From positions 46,455,358-46,519,357 of the forward strand of contig JBHNWI010000006.1 in the NCBI GenBank assembly GCA_048127485.1: a DNA stretch of 64,000 nucleotides, given 5' to 3'. Positions 11,801 to 25,073 of the stretch are shown here, one piece after another. Position numbers and translations under genes: made by a program. The notes beneath the pieces were generated by a model that did not search any database, was not told the origin of the DNA, and saw nothing but the letters and a program-made list of their open reading frames with translations. Positions within the stretch are counted from its first letter, which is position 1. Each line of letters starts with the position of its first letter. This stretch comes from Solemya velum. Taxonomy: Eukaryota.

Positions 11801-14800
11801 ACTTTATGTAAATTGTTGTTACCAATGGTTCGTACTGTATGTATAGCGTGACTTCATATCGTTTCATATCGCTACCACCATGCCAGTCAGAAGTAGTTCC
11901 CCTGGACAACAACGAGTCAAGACACAGACACACACACAAGATTCAATGTAACATTTTAATATATAGCTGCAGTGAAATGCAGTAAAATTGACAACAACAG
12001 ACTATTGAGCGATATGACAATGACGCATGGCTGAAGTTATATTGTACATAAGAGTGTCCACAATAAATTATGGAACACTGACGAAGGTTTGAAGTCCTAT
12101 CAATGTTACTTGATTACGGAAAGATCATTTCACTTTCGGTTTCATTGGTTGGTAAATGATGCCAGCAATCAACAGCGGAAATTTGTGTCTGTGAATACAT
12201 CATTGATTTGGGATAATGTACGAATCAGATAGTTTCTTTCAAAACAAAAAATGAATAATTAAAATACTCCGGATCATATACAGGAAATAGCATGCCTATC
12301 TATTGGCACTCATGCAAGTGTGCGTTACAACACCTCATTTGCATAATTTATTAAGCAGAATGGCAGGAAAGCCAGATTTGTGAAGAATGGTCTGCTCTGT
12401 GAAGGAAATTTAGTTCTTAGTAAATATTGCCTTTACACACAATTTATACCAAATGTTTGTTTCCAGTTTTTGAGAGGCATGAATGATAAGATTTTTATTC
12501 CTGAACAACTTCAACTTGCTGTGGCTACTGTGCCAATCATCATCATAAATCTAGATTGCTACATCACAGATTTTCTATTGGTTGCCTCACTAAATTGAAA
12601 TTAAAAATTATCAATATCTTTTTCGTGTAAATGCTTATTGCAGCTGATACAAGGTATTTGGGTCATGATTGTCACATAGTACATGCAGTCCAGGGGTGCA
12701 GGTATTGGAGACAACACAAAGTCTTATGTGATGTCGCGTCGTTATCCAACGAGAAAAAGAAAGGTGCTAGAGGCACAATCATCCTCTTGTATATCTATCA
12801 AAATAGTCAATTGTGAAATTAAGTAGAATCAAGCTGTGCATTTTTCTGCAGATATATTTCAATTGAATCAATAAAAACTTCAGGTTAGACAAATTTTATT
12901 CTCATTGACTATACACATGTACATGTATGTCAGTATTATGTGATGTGGAATACAAAAGTGATTCAGTACAAGTAGTATGTGTACATGTATTCTGAAATAA
13001 GTGGCTTGAAATAATTATAACATTAGTCAGGATGATTTATGCATATGCAGTTTGCAACAATTAAGTTTTATGTTTTAAAACTTTGGTGCAAATTTTATAT
13101 AAGTGAAAGTTTGTGTCATTTATGTGTCATAATTATATAACATGTTATTTGATTGTCCTATCTAAAATCTAATTTTTAAGCCTGATGCACAGAACCATAT
13201 CTCTAAAAACATCCAAACACAGTGAGAGGTTATGGCGTCACACAATGTTTCCAGTTTTTTTATAATACAACAAATTTGGAGCTTTTTGCATCAAACAATT
13301 ATTTTTTTTCTGAAATATATAGAGCTTTGGTGCTTGTAGTAATGTTCACAAGAGGAATGTATTTCAGGAGAGAGGAGGGGACAAATCATTTTGACAATGG
13401 CCCATTATGGGGTTAAATTAGTAGAACCAGATCCAGAGTTCATAGCTTTCACAGTAGGAAAAAAACAAAGATATTGAGAAAAAAAATTCAAAATGCAACT
13501 GATGATTGGTCAATCTGAACAGGTCATCAGAGAAAATCTTGTGGTATGCCACAGTTAATCAGAACTCCAGGGGGCTGCCTAAAACATGCTTAATCGAGAA
13601 CAGAATAAGATGTTCTTTCACGCTGTCATTAGTATCCAGAATAGTTGATGCATGCACTCACAGTCCTTCAAAATGGCAGCAAATGGAGATGTCAAATTTC
13701 CATTCTTTTTTTGTTCATCATAAACAAATTACAGAAAATTTCTTTACTGAAGAGTGAGAGGAGATTTAGTTAATAAACTGCAGACCAACATGAGTGACAC
13801 CATTTCAAACTGCTGCATACGTGAGATGTGTCGGCTAAATACGATTGCCTAAGACAATGTTCTGATATGACAAATGTTTTTGAGGAAAAAATTTGGTTGA
13901 TTTGACGTTGTTACTTTTTTATTGTTGTATTAGGAGCCATCAATAAAAACAGTTATGTTGAAATACGCATGTTAATTGACCATTCAAGATTAGAATGAAA
14001 TTGTATATGTCGAATAATGACACTGTACAAAAATTATCTGGAGCTATGTCAAAGTTTTAATAATTCATATTTTGTTAAGGGCTCTTTCTGAAATGATAGA
14101 ATTTGATCAATCTTATGAGAGTACTGACTTCTCCCAATCTAAATTTAGCCCCGAGGGAATTCCTTTTATAGGTGAGTATTAGTTGTTATTATCAGTTGTT
14201 GGCATATTAGATTGCATGGAATAGATAGAAAGGAATTTTTCACTTTTATAGACTAGCTATGAAAAATTTCAAGTATTATTATTTTTTTCTTACATTGCTG
14301 TAATTGTGCTAAACAAGCTTCTAAAACAGATCATACTCACCTCAGCTCATCTAACCATTGATTTAGACAGAAACAAAATATCAATGGCAATCTATTGGAA
14401 GGTGCAACTGGACATATCATAATCTAGGCTTGAACGTTTTGAAGTATCTGACCATTCTTCCACTTTTGGGTGGATTTCCCTCATTCTGTTTCAATCTCAG
14501 AACTATGTCATCCAATCTGGTATTCTTAGTCTGTATGTTTTGTAATTCCTACAGCCTGTACAAAATGGAAATCAAACCAATGCTGATCAAGGTCATCAAT
14601 TTTAGATTTATAGACTGACTACATGTGGCAGATTTACAACAATCATCTATATTTCGCTATGCTGAATGTAGGAAGTCCAAAGTACATGTATTTGGAAAAA
14701 AAGTGAAAAATTAAGAGTGCCGATATCCATCAACCAAGATATTGTTTTGGTGTGCTCTAAGGCTCAAATAATTTCTTTTTCTATGCTCGCCATGGTAGAG

Positions 14801-14944
14801 GTATTATGGGGGCACAGTTCTGTCTAAAATACAACAATCATGGTAGTCACACGAAATACCGTTAAGTTTTTTATCTCCTGCAAAACATTGAATTGAGCTT
14901 TGTCTGTCCTTCTGTGCATGTTCAGTTTCTAGGCTGGCTTATGA

Positions 14945-15300
14945 AAAACGATTAAGATATCTTAATGAAATTTGGTAGGTATATATACCAGGTATTGAAG
15001 TGATGCCTTTTGTTTTAACATTTCCTCATCATATATTTTCCTCGTTACCATGGAAACAAGTTTGAAGTCACCAAAAGTTTTGGTTTCGAACCACAACTAA
15101 AAAAACTATAAGATATGTTAATGAAACTTCATATGTATAGGTACCAAGTACTGAAGTGCTATTTGCTATTTTGACATTTCTGCATTATATACTTTCGGCG
15201 GTACTGTGGAAACAAGCTTGAAATCAAAAATTTTGTGTTTCCGAGCCAGAACATAAAAAACATTTAAGATATCTTAATGAAACTTAATATGTATATAAAC
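14945..15300. repeat. Tandem repeat, ~125-bp unit, ~3 copies
   Basis: The units 'taagatatcttaatgaaa.tt..tatgtata...gtactgaagtg...ggaaacaag.ttgaa.tca..aaa.ttttg.tttc.ga.cca' begin at ~14950, ~15105 and ~15265. Confidence 0.55.
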
Positions 15301-16078
15301 CCACTACTGTGTTATGCCCCCAGCATATATATACTGAATAGCAAAAGAAATGCAAAAAATATGGTGTTTCATGGTTGTGTAATTTTTTACCTTAATAGGA
15401 AGCAGTGCTATGTTTGACCTTAATAGTACTTACAGGACAATGTTTACGAGTGGCACAAATTGATTTTCATGGGAATAGTGCCCTCTCTTTGCATGGAACA
15501 CTCGTGTTAATGGTGTTTTTCATATATATGTTTCATGTGTTGTGTGGCAACATGTACAAGCAGTGCACAAATCTGGATGTTGGGTTGCGTTCATTTCAGG
15601 AAGGCGATAAAAAGCACAATGTTACATTTTGTAGCAGTCCAACAGAGGACACTAAAACCATGCCAAGACTTACACCTGAACATCATCTGCAGGTTGTTAT
15701 TTATTTAATATTGATGTCACCCCAACATATGCATGCTAGCTGGGTACCTGACTTTTATTTATGAATCTGATCATGGACATTTATGCGAAAAGGCTTAAGT
15801 GTTGTTCGTTTTTCTGTCTATTGTTCAATGTCCAGTTGCATGTTTTAAGTTGCATGTTATATTTCAACCCTATCCATTTTTATGTTAGTGAGAACAAAAT
15901 CAAGGTCAATGTTGCTATAAATATTTTTTTTGGTTTCCAGGCAATAACTTTAGTTGTATTTGTTGCTTGTTTGTTATAACCTATTGTTGGTTAGTTGATG
16001 TCTCTATTGGATAGGAAGACCGAGATGAAGGTAACTATTCAAAGCTCGCATTTCCATGGGAATCAGGGAATCCAATTA

Positions 16079-17573
16079 CAGTGGGGCCCCGATTTTCCGC
16101 GACCCAACTATTCGCGAAATCTGGTTATCCGCGGTAAGCTCCTGGCTCCCTATTTTTTTTTTTACATGTTTCATGATCTTGGTGAACGAAATCACTGACG
16201 AAAACGGCGAAATCGGGTTAACCGCGATAAGAAATTGGCTCCCAATTTTTTTTACATGTTTCATGATCTTGGTGAACGAAATCACTGACGAAAACGACGA
16301 AATCGGGTTATCCGCGATAAGAAATTGGCTCCCAATTTTTTTTACATGTTTCATCATTTTGGTGATCGAAATCACTGACAAAAACGGCGGGGAAAAAAAC
16401 CCATTTCCTTTGTGTATCTATTTGTGCATTTATGTTCGGTAAAAGTCGCCCTTTTCAGGCTCTACTACGCGGGAAAATATACTACGCACTACAAAACTTG
16501 TGATCCATGCTGAAGTTTTGTACTATCCAACAAATCCATACACTGATGAGTGAAGATCTAGTCCAGATAATCCACTCAGAATAATATGCTTAACACCACA
16601 ATTCACTCCGCATAAACTGAAAGGTTGTCGTCGTAAAAACCACATTGTCTTACAGTATGTCAATTACTGAATTAAAATCAACTGCCTTTAGAATATCGGT
16701 TAAAGTAATCACATAATCCTACTAATTTGTAAAAACAACCGTGCTTTATGTCAATTAGAAATAAATTGCCTTTAGAAAAACTGTTGAATGCTGTCATAAT
16801 TATTAATAATCCCTTAATCCCCTCATCGTTTGATCCATTCACAACGACAGTTCACATTACCGATATCAAAGCGAATCAAATTGCTGTTTTTTTACCACGT
16901 GATCATTACGTATGCTGAACAGCAGAACGAGCCTGAAATTTGCGCGGGAGGAAAGGAATTCTGGGATTACTATCGATTCTTTAGTAGTAATCCATGATGC
17001 TTTGCAATAACATTTAATGGCGGCTAATATGTAGATTCGTGAAATCATGTTCCATTACACTGACAATGCTCTTTATTTCGATAAATTTGATAGAAATAAC
17101 ACTTAGGTGATCAGATAATTGGTTTCTTTGTTCAAACAAGAAAGAATGAGAAGGATTAGGCTATGTGTGGGATTTTTAAACTGGTCAATTCTGTTGAAGT
17201 TGAGGTTAGTGATTCTGCTTTTTCAATCCGCTATTTATACTACTAGTATTAGTATTACCGGTGCACATTGGCCTCGCTGTATTATCATATTTATATTTAT
17301 CACTATGATTTCCTAGTGTAACATTAATCTTGAATCTGGCCACGCCCAATTATTTTTTAATTTATCCACTATGATTTTGTCTTTCAGTTTCACTATGATT
17401 CCAGGCATACAGTAACTAGCATAGGCATTAGCTATAACATTCACTCGAGCGAACACACTGGCATTTGGCGACAGGCAGCGCGACCTCTGGTTATCTCTGT
17501 TTTACGCGGTCTCACTTATAGCGCTCAATGATTTTATGGACCCCAAATATCGCGGAAAATCGGGGCCCCACTG
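16079..17573 (+). mobile_element. Tc1/mariner-type non-autonomous element, copy 1, TA-flanked, with an internal ~120-bp minisatellite
   Basis: The TIR is CAGTGGGGCCCCGATTTTCCGCG, matching CGCGGAAAATCGGGGCCCCACTG in inverted orientation. TA flanks both ends (16077-78 and 17574-75). Three tandem units of ~120 bp sit at 16127-16400. It has no transposase ORF. The six-frame ORFs at 16056-16442 are artefacts of the repeat. Confidence 0.75.
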
Positions 17574-19950
17574 TACTTGTAACCTCTCAAAACAAATATA
17601 CAGGGATCCAGCAGGATTCTCATAAATCTAATATTTAATGTAATTATTGATTATTAATGTGTAACTGATGCAGAATGAACAGAGAGAAAGCTGATAAATT
17701 ATCCAAAATGATGCCATATGGCTATTATCACTAAATGTCTTTAGATTAGAAACTGAATTTGACCACTGAAAGAGTTCAAAACATCACAGAAGTATTAACA
17801 ACTATGATTGACCTTGAGAAATGGCTCTTGCTTTACAATTGAAAACATCTTGTACAATAGAGATTTTCCAAATCCTGTCAGCCAAACAGAAATACAATCA
17901 TTGCCAGTGAAAGCACAACTTGTTTTGGTTTATTCTTGATCTCTTTCATATCAAACGGCTCAAGTTTTCTTAATAGTTTTGGCCATCTTTTGTTGCCATA
18001 TACTTGTGGAGGGGATACTGGTTTTGATTTGCATATGGATGATGTCACATAAGTGAATTTGCAAGAAGGTGATGCTGGGAAGTTGGGTATAGCTTTTATT
18101 ATCAGGTGTATTCATGGTTTCATGATGGGTGCCAGCCTGACACTTTTGAGCATTTTGTTTAATTTGTATATACATGTACCCCATATTGCTGCCAGAGTTT
18201 TTTTTTTATGTCTTCATCACATGTTATAATATTTACCACAGTCTCTAAACAGAGAATTTTGATTGTTTTCTAATTGAGCATGAGTTTGCTATGATACGAA
18301 AAGTAGAATATATTGAATAGTGTTAGGATTAGACTAATAATACCATTTAATTTACATATATCCAATAGAGATACTTGCAGAATCAGAGTTGGCAATGGAA
18401 CTACATGATTATATTGCATGTTTCACTATCCATCACAATGCCAATATTTATTAACGTATGTCTAACTTTATCTGATGATAGGAAAGTTCTTAGGGTTCAC
18501 TAATTTTGATATTGAGATGTTTGCTAAATATGGGCTCTGGACTTCAATAGCTCACTTAGAAGGAAAATATTATGCTGGTGAAATTCTATATACATGTAGT
18601 TTGGTTAGAATTCACCATACAGTAAGTAGTTGCCCATTCCAGATTTGACTATGGGGAAAAGGGCAGGAGAGCCACAACTGCCTGCCTGTTTTGACCTCAG
18701 GCAGACAATAATTCGCCGACCTGTCCGCTGTTCTGGAGAGCGATTTCTGAGAGTCTCAGTGAAAAAAGCTTGACATATACACTTATACCAGCTGCGATGC
18801 AATGTTGTTTAGAAGATAAAAAATTGCATGCATGTTTATTGATTCCACTTCACTTAAATGTACAATTCAATGATAACGAAGCACATTATTCATGTTATTT
18901 GTCACCATAAGTCAATAAATTTGTGTCAAATTGTCTGCGATAAAAATTTTAGCACTTCGGCCACTTCGTGCAGAGAAAAAACAAACTGAAAGGAACTTAA
19001 AACGGTTATGATTAGTAGAAGCCTCCACTGCTAGTTCATCAAAGTTTCCATCATTCCCATGCCTTTTATAGATGAGAAATTCATTTGAAGTGGCCGAAAT
19101 GGTATCAGACTTGCTGGTTTTGAGTCCAGATATTAGGTCTAGTATAATGAAAGAAAATGAATAGATAAAATAGTGCATGCACAGTGAATATCAGTAAAAT
19201 GGCAATTCTGCGATTGTGGTACAGAACTTGGATGATTTTTATGATGCATGGAAATGTTTGTTATAATGCTGCAGAAATATGGCAGGCAGACAGAGTTTAG
19301 CCATGGAGGTGGATGTTTACTACCAGGTTAATTTCGAAACCATATAAGCTATACATGTCAAGGGCGATTGCTCGTCTCTTAAATCCATCCCTGCACATCA
19401 CATTCTGAACACCTTATTTTGAATTATGAACTCTGAACTCGTATATTTTTATTTTTCTAAACTTGTCGTGGTGGGTGGTTTACCTATTAACGGTGAAGTA
19501 GGCAAAGCCGATGAACATCCTCAAACACCATCCAAATCTAACATGTTGTTGTTGAAGCTTGTACATGTATCTTGAGTGCAACTGAAATGGGTGGATTATC
19601 CCTCTTGTGTGCACCACTAGCCTGTAGGAAACAGTGACCACAATATAATGCTCCTGGATCGCTTAACCCAAGCGTACAGACCAATGGCACAGAGAAAGAC
19701 TAATATCATTTGTGAACTGAAACTGATATTAATGACTTTAAAGAGCAGCTCACAAATGTAGTGGTACGCAATTGTAATACCTTCCAAAGTAGAACAATAG
19801 AAACGAACTTGTTTGAAAATTTTCACCTCTGAAAAATGGATCAATGTAGATTGTGTGATTGCGCACCTTTCGTAAATAGCGAATTAAAAAAATCTATTCA
19901 TAATATGTCTTTTAATTGATGTGCTGGGGCACTCCTTTTGTTCCCTCAAC

Positions 19951-19989
19951 ATCTCTCTCTTTCTCTCTCTTCTCTCACTCTCTCTCTTT
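19951..19989. repeat. (CT)n microsatellite
   Basis: atctctctctttctctctcttctctcactctctctc. Confidence 0.8.
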
Positions 19990-20046
19990 TTATACGCCCC
20001 ACTTTGACGGGTTGTATTATGGTATCGCCTGCGTCCGTCCGTCTGT

Positions 20047-20860
20047 AAACAGACATTGCTTGTCATCACTCTAGTGTCTCAATTTATGATCGGATTTCGA
20101 TCAAACTTCATATGTTGGTTGGGGATGACCATATCTCGAACGAGTTCTTGTCTCAGCCATGTGACCTCAAGGTCGGCATCACAATTCTTGGTCAAAGGTC
20201 AAATATCTGTAAACAATTGCTTGTCATCACTCTAGTATCTTCATTTATGATTGGATTTCGATCAAACTTCATTTGTTGGTTGGGAATGACCATAGCTCAA
20301 AGGAGATCGTGTCTCAGCCATGTGACCTCAAGGCCGACGTCACAATTCACAGTCAAAGGTCAAATATCCGTAAACAATTGCTTGTCATCACTCTAGTGTC
20401 TTCATTTATGATCGGATTTTGATCAAACTTCATGTGTGGATTGGGAATGACCATAGCTCGTACAAGTGCATGCCTCAGCCATGTGACCTCAAGGCCGACG
20501 TCACAATTCACGGTCAAAGGTCAAATATTCGTAAACAATTGCTTGTCATCACTCTAGTGTCTTCATTTATGATCGGATTTTGATCAAACTTCATGTGTGG
20601 ATTGGGAATGACCATAGCTCGTACAAGTGCATGCCTCAGCCATGTGACCTCAAGGCCGACGTCACAATTCACGGTCAAAGGTCAAATATTCGTAAACAAT
20701 TGCTTGTCATCACTCTAGTGTCTTCATTTATGATCGGATTTTGATCAAACTTCATGTGTGGATTGGGAATGGCCATAGCTCGAACGAGTTCACGTCTCAG
20801 CCATGCGACCCCAAGGTCGACATCACAATTCACAGTCAAAGGTCAAATATGGTATTTGCT
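20047..20860. repeat. Satellite array A: 162-bp unit, 5 copies
   Basis: The unit 'aacaattgcttgtcatcactctagtgtcttcatttatgatcggatttcgatcaaacttcat.tgttggttggg.atgaccata.ctcg...gtctcagccatgtgacctcaaggccgacgtcacaattcacggtcaaaggtcaaatat.cgta' repeats head-to-tail at ~95% identity between adjacent units. Confidence 0.85.
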
Positions 20861-21545
20861 TGTCCAGGCCATATCTTTTGAACCACTCAAGATATTACGA
20901 CGACACTTCATACACACATGCAACACCACTAGGCGCAGTGTTGCGTACCACATTGATGACCCTTGCTCTAAGGTCAAGGTCACAATGAACTACTCAACAT
21001 AATACTTGTCCGGGCCATAACTTTTGAACTGCTCAAAATATTTTGACGACACTCCATACACGCATGCAACACCCCTAGGTGCAGTGTTGTGTACTACATT
21101 CATGACTCTCGCTCTAAGGTCAAGGTCACAATGAACTACTCAACATAATACTTGTCCGGACCATAACTTTTGAACTGCTCAAGATATTTTAACGACACTT
21201 GATACACAAATGCAACACTACTAGGTGCAGTGTGACATACCACATTCATGACCTTCACTACATTCAAGGTCAAATATGATTTCTGCTTGTCTGAGTCATA
21301 AATTTTGAAGCATTCAAGATATTTTGACAACACTTTGTACACACATGCACCGCCACTAGGCACAGTGCAGTGTAACACATTCATGTCCAACAGTCAAGGT
21401 CAAAGTTCAAGGTCAAAAGTCGAATATGGTCTTTGCTTGTCCAGGCTATAACTTTTGAACCATTCAAGATATTTCGACAACACTTTATACACACATGCAC
21501 CACCACTAGGCACAGTGTTGCATACACATTCATGACTCTTGCACC
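20845..21545. repeat. Satellite array B: ~125-140-bp unit, ~5 copies, abutting array A
   Basis: The unit is 'caaggtcaaatatggt.tttgcttgtccagg.cata.cttttgaac.a.tcaagatatt..gac.acact..atacacacatgca.c.ccactagg..cagtg...' . It ends in a palindromic piece cattcatgactcttgcacctttgagtgaaagtcatgaatgtg. Confidence 0.8.
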
Positions 21546-21699
21546 TTTGAGTGAAAGTCATGAATGTGGTACATGCAACTGTATCTAGTTATAGTGCTTC
21601 ATGTCTCTTTGAAGTGTCAGTGAAATATCTTTAGTGAGTATGGCTCTCACTGTTAGGTAGCTATGTTAAACTCAAGCACATATCGGGTGTATTATGTAC

Positions 21700-23200
21700 C
21701 GTTTGCGGTGCTCTTGTTCTCTCCATAAAATCGGTTATCAAGGGGGTTGTTTGTATGAAAGGGAGAGAAATAAAAGCCTTGACATGTGGAGACCTGCAAA
21801 AGAATGCTAGGAGATTCTGGTTCTATGCAAAAAGCAAAAAACAGGGTTCATTTCTGATCATCTCACTAAACTCAAAGGACAAATTCCTGCATAGAGACAT
21901 GGTCACCAAAGCTGAGATATTGAACCATCAGTTCCATACTGTTTATACTCGGGAGGGCTGCAGCTAGTTACCTGACCTTGGACGCAGCACCCACCCCACC
22001 ATAGAGAATATTGAAGTGAATGAAAGGGCTTCTCCAGGGACTCCAGTTTTCCTAAAACAAGCAGCAGAGCTCTTAGCACCGTATATCATCAGGATGTTTC
22101 AACTATTCTGAGATCATGGCAAAATACCAGATAAGTGTAGGACGACAGATGTAGTGTCCATCTACAAGAAAGTAGAGAAGCAGCAGTTATTGCCCAGTTT
22201 CACTGACACTGATATTCTGCAAGTTCCCGGAGCATGTGATCCACAGTACTGTGATAGATCACTTTGATTCACATGACACCCTCTGTGATGAACAACATGG
22301 CTTCAAAATATTGTCAATTCTGTGAAACCCAGCTTATATAAAAACCCGATGGCATAGCAAGAGAACAGGGACCATAATTTTGTTGGACTTCTCCAAGGCT
22401 TTAGACAAAGGTCCGTCCAGTCACCTACTCCTGAAGATGGAACATTATGGAGCCAGAAGCACCATGGCTAAGCTGAATCAAGGACTTCCTGAGTAACTGA
22501 TGCCAGTCAGCCATACTGGAAGGACACTCTTCAACACCAAGGCTTCATATGGCGTGCAATTATTTGCATATTTTATGCAACATGATTGGCTACACAAGTG
22601 TAACAAATGAATCAATGACCATGCTTCTATTGAAATTCTCTTGCGTATAATCAAGAAAAACTACTTGTGATTGTAATGTTATTAGGGAGTGAAAGTATGT
22701 TCAGTTGTCTCCATCTCACACAATAGCAGGAAACAAAGATATAGAGAATTACAATTCTTCTCGTTTGTTAATAATAATCAAATTACAGTAATTACAGTAT
22801 ATTTTTAAATCAAAGAGTGAGAAGATGTAGTGAATAAATGTCAAAAGCAAGGCATACCATTTTGAGCTGCCAAGCACATGATATGTGAGCCAGTGTTCTG
22901 ATGCAAAAAGTATTCTCGAGGGAAGGTCTTTAGCAAAATTCTGATGATTTCACGATTTCACTTTTCTCTACCGTATCAAGAGCCATTATTAGAGGTTGTT
23001 GAGAGTGGGAAGTACCCTGGAGTAACCATCAACCATGACTTACATTGTATGAGTCATGTATACAACAACATTGGAAAAGCCAAAAAAATCTTGGCCTTCT
23101 TTAGATTTGATCTGGGCTAAACAGGCCTGCATTGATTTCTGAAGCGACTTCCTAGTCCACCCTTAGCCACCTGTGATCAGCAGTCATTATTTGACCTTTG
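21700..23200 (+). mobile_element. Non-LTR retrotransposon (LINE) reverse-transcriptase fragment, degraded
   Basis: Frameshifted translation gives ...KALTCGDLQKNARRFW...AEILNHQFHTVYT...HGFKILSI...ILLDFSKALDKGPSSHLLLKMEHYGARST...GKYPGVTINHDLHCMSHVYNNIGKAKKILAFFRFDLG. These match LINE RT motifs including the FxDxSKAFD block, with several stops. Confidence 0.55.
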
Positions 23201-24242
23201 CCGAGAACTTATAGTTCTAGCATTTTTTATAAGCTTGCTGAAAAAATATTTGCTTTTTTAGAATGTTAATTACACTGAAATGATGTCTGTCAGAACTAAT
23301 TTTTTTTCAATCGGGCTAATTATGAGTATATCTTATAATGACCTGCATCTCATACCTCCTCTTAACTGTTGAGATGAGTACCGCCTAAAATTGGAAGTAT
23401 TATTTTGGGTTGTGTTACACATTAACAGCAGGGAAGATAAATCAATACAGCTGGGACAAACATTTTATCTGGGACAGGGGAATCTGAGCATAATATCCTA
23501 AAAAAAATTTGAAGCTGGAAAATAATCTCGAAACTAAATTGATTGGAACAACTAAGAGGAGCTATTAGTGTTTCAAGACCAAAATACTCTCTGAACAAAC
23601 CTGTTTGTTAACTACATAGCACTTTGCGCTTTACACGCATATGGGTTTTAAGCTTTATAATCCAGTACAAGCAGGTAAAAACCTTGTAGTGTGGAAGCAG
23701 CCTTGTATGAGAGACACATGGGTTGGTATATTATGGATTGAATGTAGTGCTCTGTGCCTCATGTGCTTAGGGTTTCAACCTACAGTCAAACCTGTATATA
23801 ACAGGCACTCAGGGGAGCCAAGGGAGCCAGGGGATGTGCCCTTTATGAGCAGGTGGTTGTTATATAAAGGTTGTAATACTAAGAAAATAGTGAAGATTGG
23901 GAAATGCTCTCATGGTCTCTATAAACAAGTGGTTGCTATATAGAGGTGCCCTTTAAGGCAGGTTCAACTGTATATAGTGCAGTGCAAATAGGTGTTAAAA
24001 TCTTCAGCATTCGAAGACAAAGAAACACTGTCACAGAGCCAGTTGCTGTCATTGGCTAGTGCAGTGAATCCTACGCTATATAGAATCGAAATCATTAGGA
24101 CTGATTCAATCAACATCATTCATCAAATCTATTACATCAAACAATAACATAATGACACATGTAATCAATTTCAGTTTGTCATCATTTAGTCTATGAAAAA
24201 AAAATTGGGTTACTGTGGTTACACTATTCATTTTTATTTTAG

Positions 24243-25073
24243 GTACTGGTGGTGGTGACATAGTGCAACTACCAGGGAATGGAACATCTCTCGAGAGGCG
24301 TTTTTCTGATGCAAGTACAGTGTCTACTGCCAGTTTTGTTGTAATAAATGAATCTGATGTTGACAGTAATGGAACATTTAATAATAACTTGACACCGGAC
24401 CAGTCTCCAGGACACTCTCCAGATCTATTCAGAGGACCAGATGATAAAGCTGAGGTTCATGATTCATTAAATCTTTCTTTGAAAGAAGCTGATGTTGATA
24501 ATTCAGGATCAGTTACAAGACCAGATCAGAGATCAGATTTGTATTCAGAGACTAAGCAATTTTTCAACATAGAACCTTCAAAATCGGACTTTCCCAAAAG
24601 AGATCTACATTCTCATGCAAAAAAGGTTTCAGATCAGGAATCTTCATCTACAGAATCTTCAATTGATGATAATTGTCTGTTTGGAACAGGATACCCGATT
24701 GATAAATCACACTTACCATTAGATGCAGGATTATCAAGGAGCCAAGGATCTATGAATGAAGAATCTTTGAATAAAAGCGATGAAAAAACAGGCTTATCCA
24801 CAGATGAACAAGTACCTGTTACTGACCATATCGAGGACAAGCAATCAGTACCTGGTACCTGTTCAGTATTAAGTCAAGGATCCGAAACTACAGAATCTTT
24901 GACTGGTGGAACACGATACCCAGTTATCATGGAGATTAATATTCCATCACCGTCTAAACAGACACCAACGAGTTCAGAGTCAACTGAACATGGAGATCTT
25001 AAAAAACTTGAATACCCAGAAGAAAATCCAGTAACTGCCATGACTGGTGGAGATGTCACTTCCTTGTCACCTG
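24243..25073 (+). CDS. Exon A of the macro-domain gene: Ser/Asp/Glu-rich low-complexity segment
   Basis: Acceptor ttttattttag|GT. Donor G|gtaata. The 277-codon open frame reads GTGGGDIVQLPGNG...SDQESSSTESSIDD...EYPEENPVTAMTGGDVTSLSP. It enters with 2 codon bases and leaves with 1, consistent with exon B. Confidence 0.5.

Noticed and set aside
12380-12598. Possible upstream exon of the macro-domain gene (acceptor tgtttgtttccag|TTTTTGAGAGGC…)
   Set aside because: The frame ends in a stop with no donor. The phase is incompatible with exon A. The peptide is hydrophobic low-complexity. I left it unannotated.
16056-16442. 128-aa and 101-aa ORFs on both strands here and at 54916-55375 as protein-coding genes
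   Set aside because: The ORFs are produced by the ~120-bp minisatellite inside the Tc1-like non-autonomous elements. The peptide is periodic, it is mirrored on the opposite strand, and there is no start or splice context.
19884-20396. ORFs 19884-20069 (-) and 20112-20396 (+), 20754-21002 (+)
   Set aside because: They translate the (CT)n microsatellite and the 162-bp satellite units. Periodic low-complexity peptides.
23641-23943. 100-aa ORF as a gene
   Set aside because: It uses an alternative-start artefact and has no splice or start context. The composition is repeat-like (…caggggagccaagggagccagggg…). No domain recognisable.
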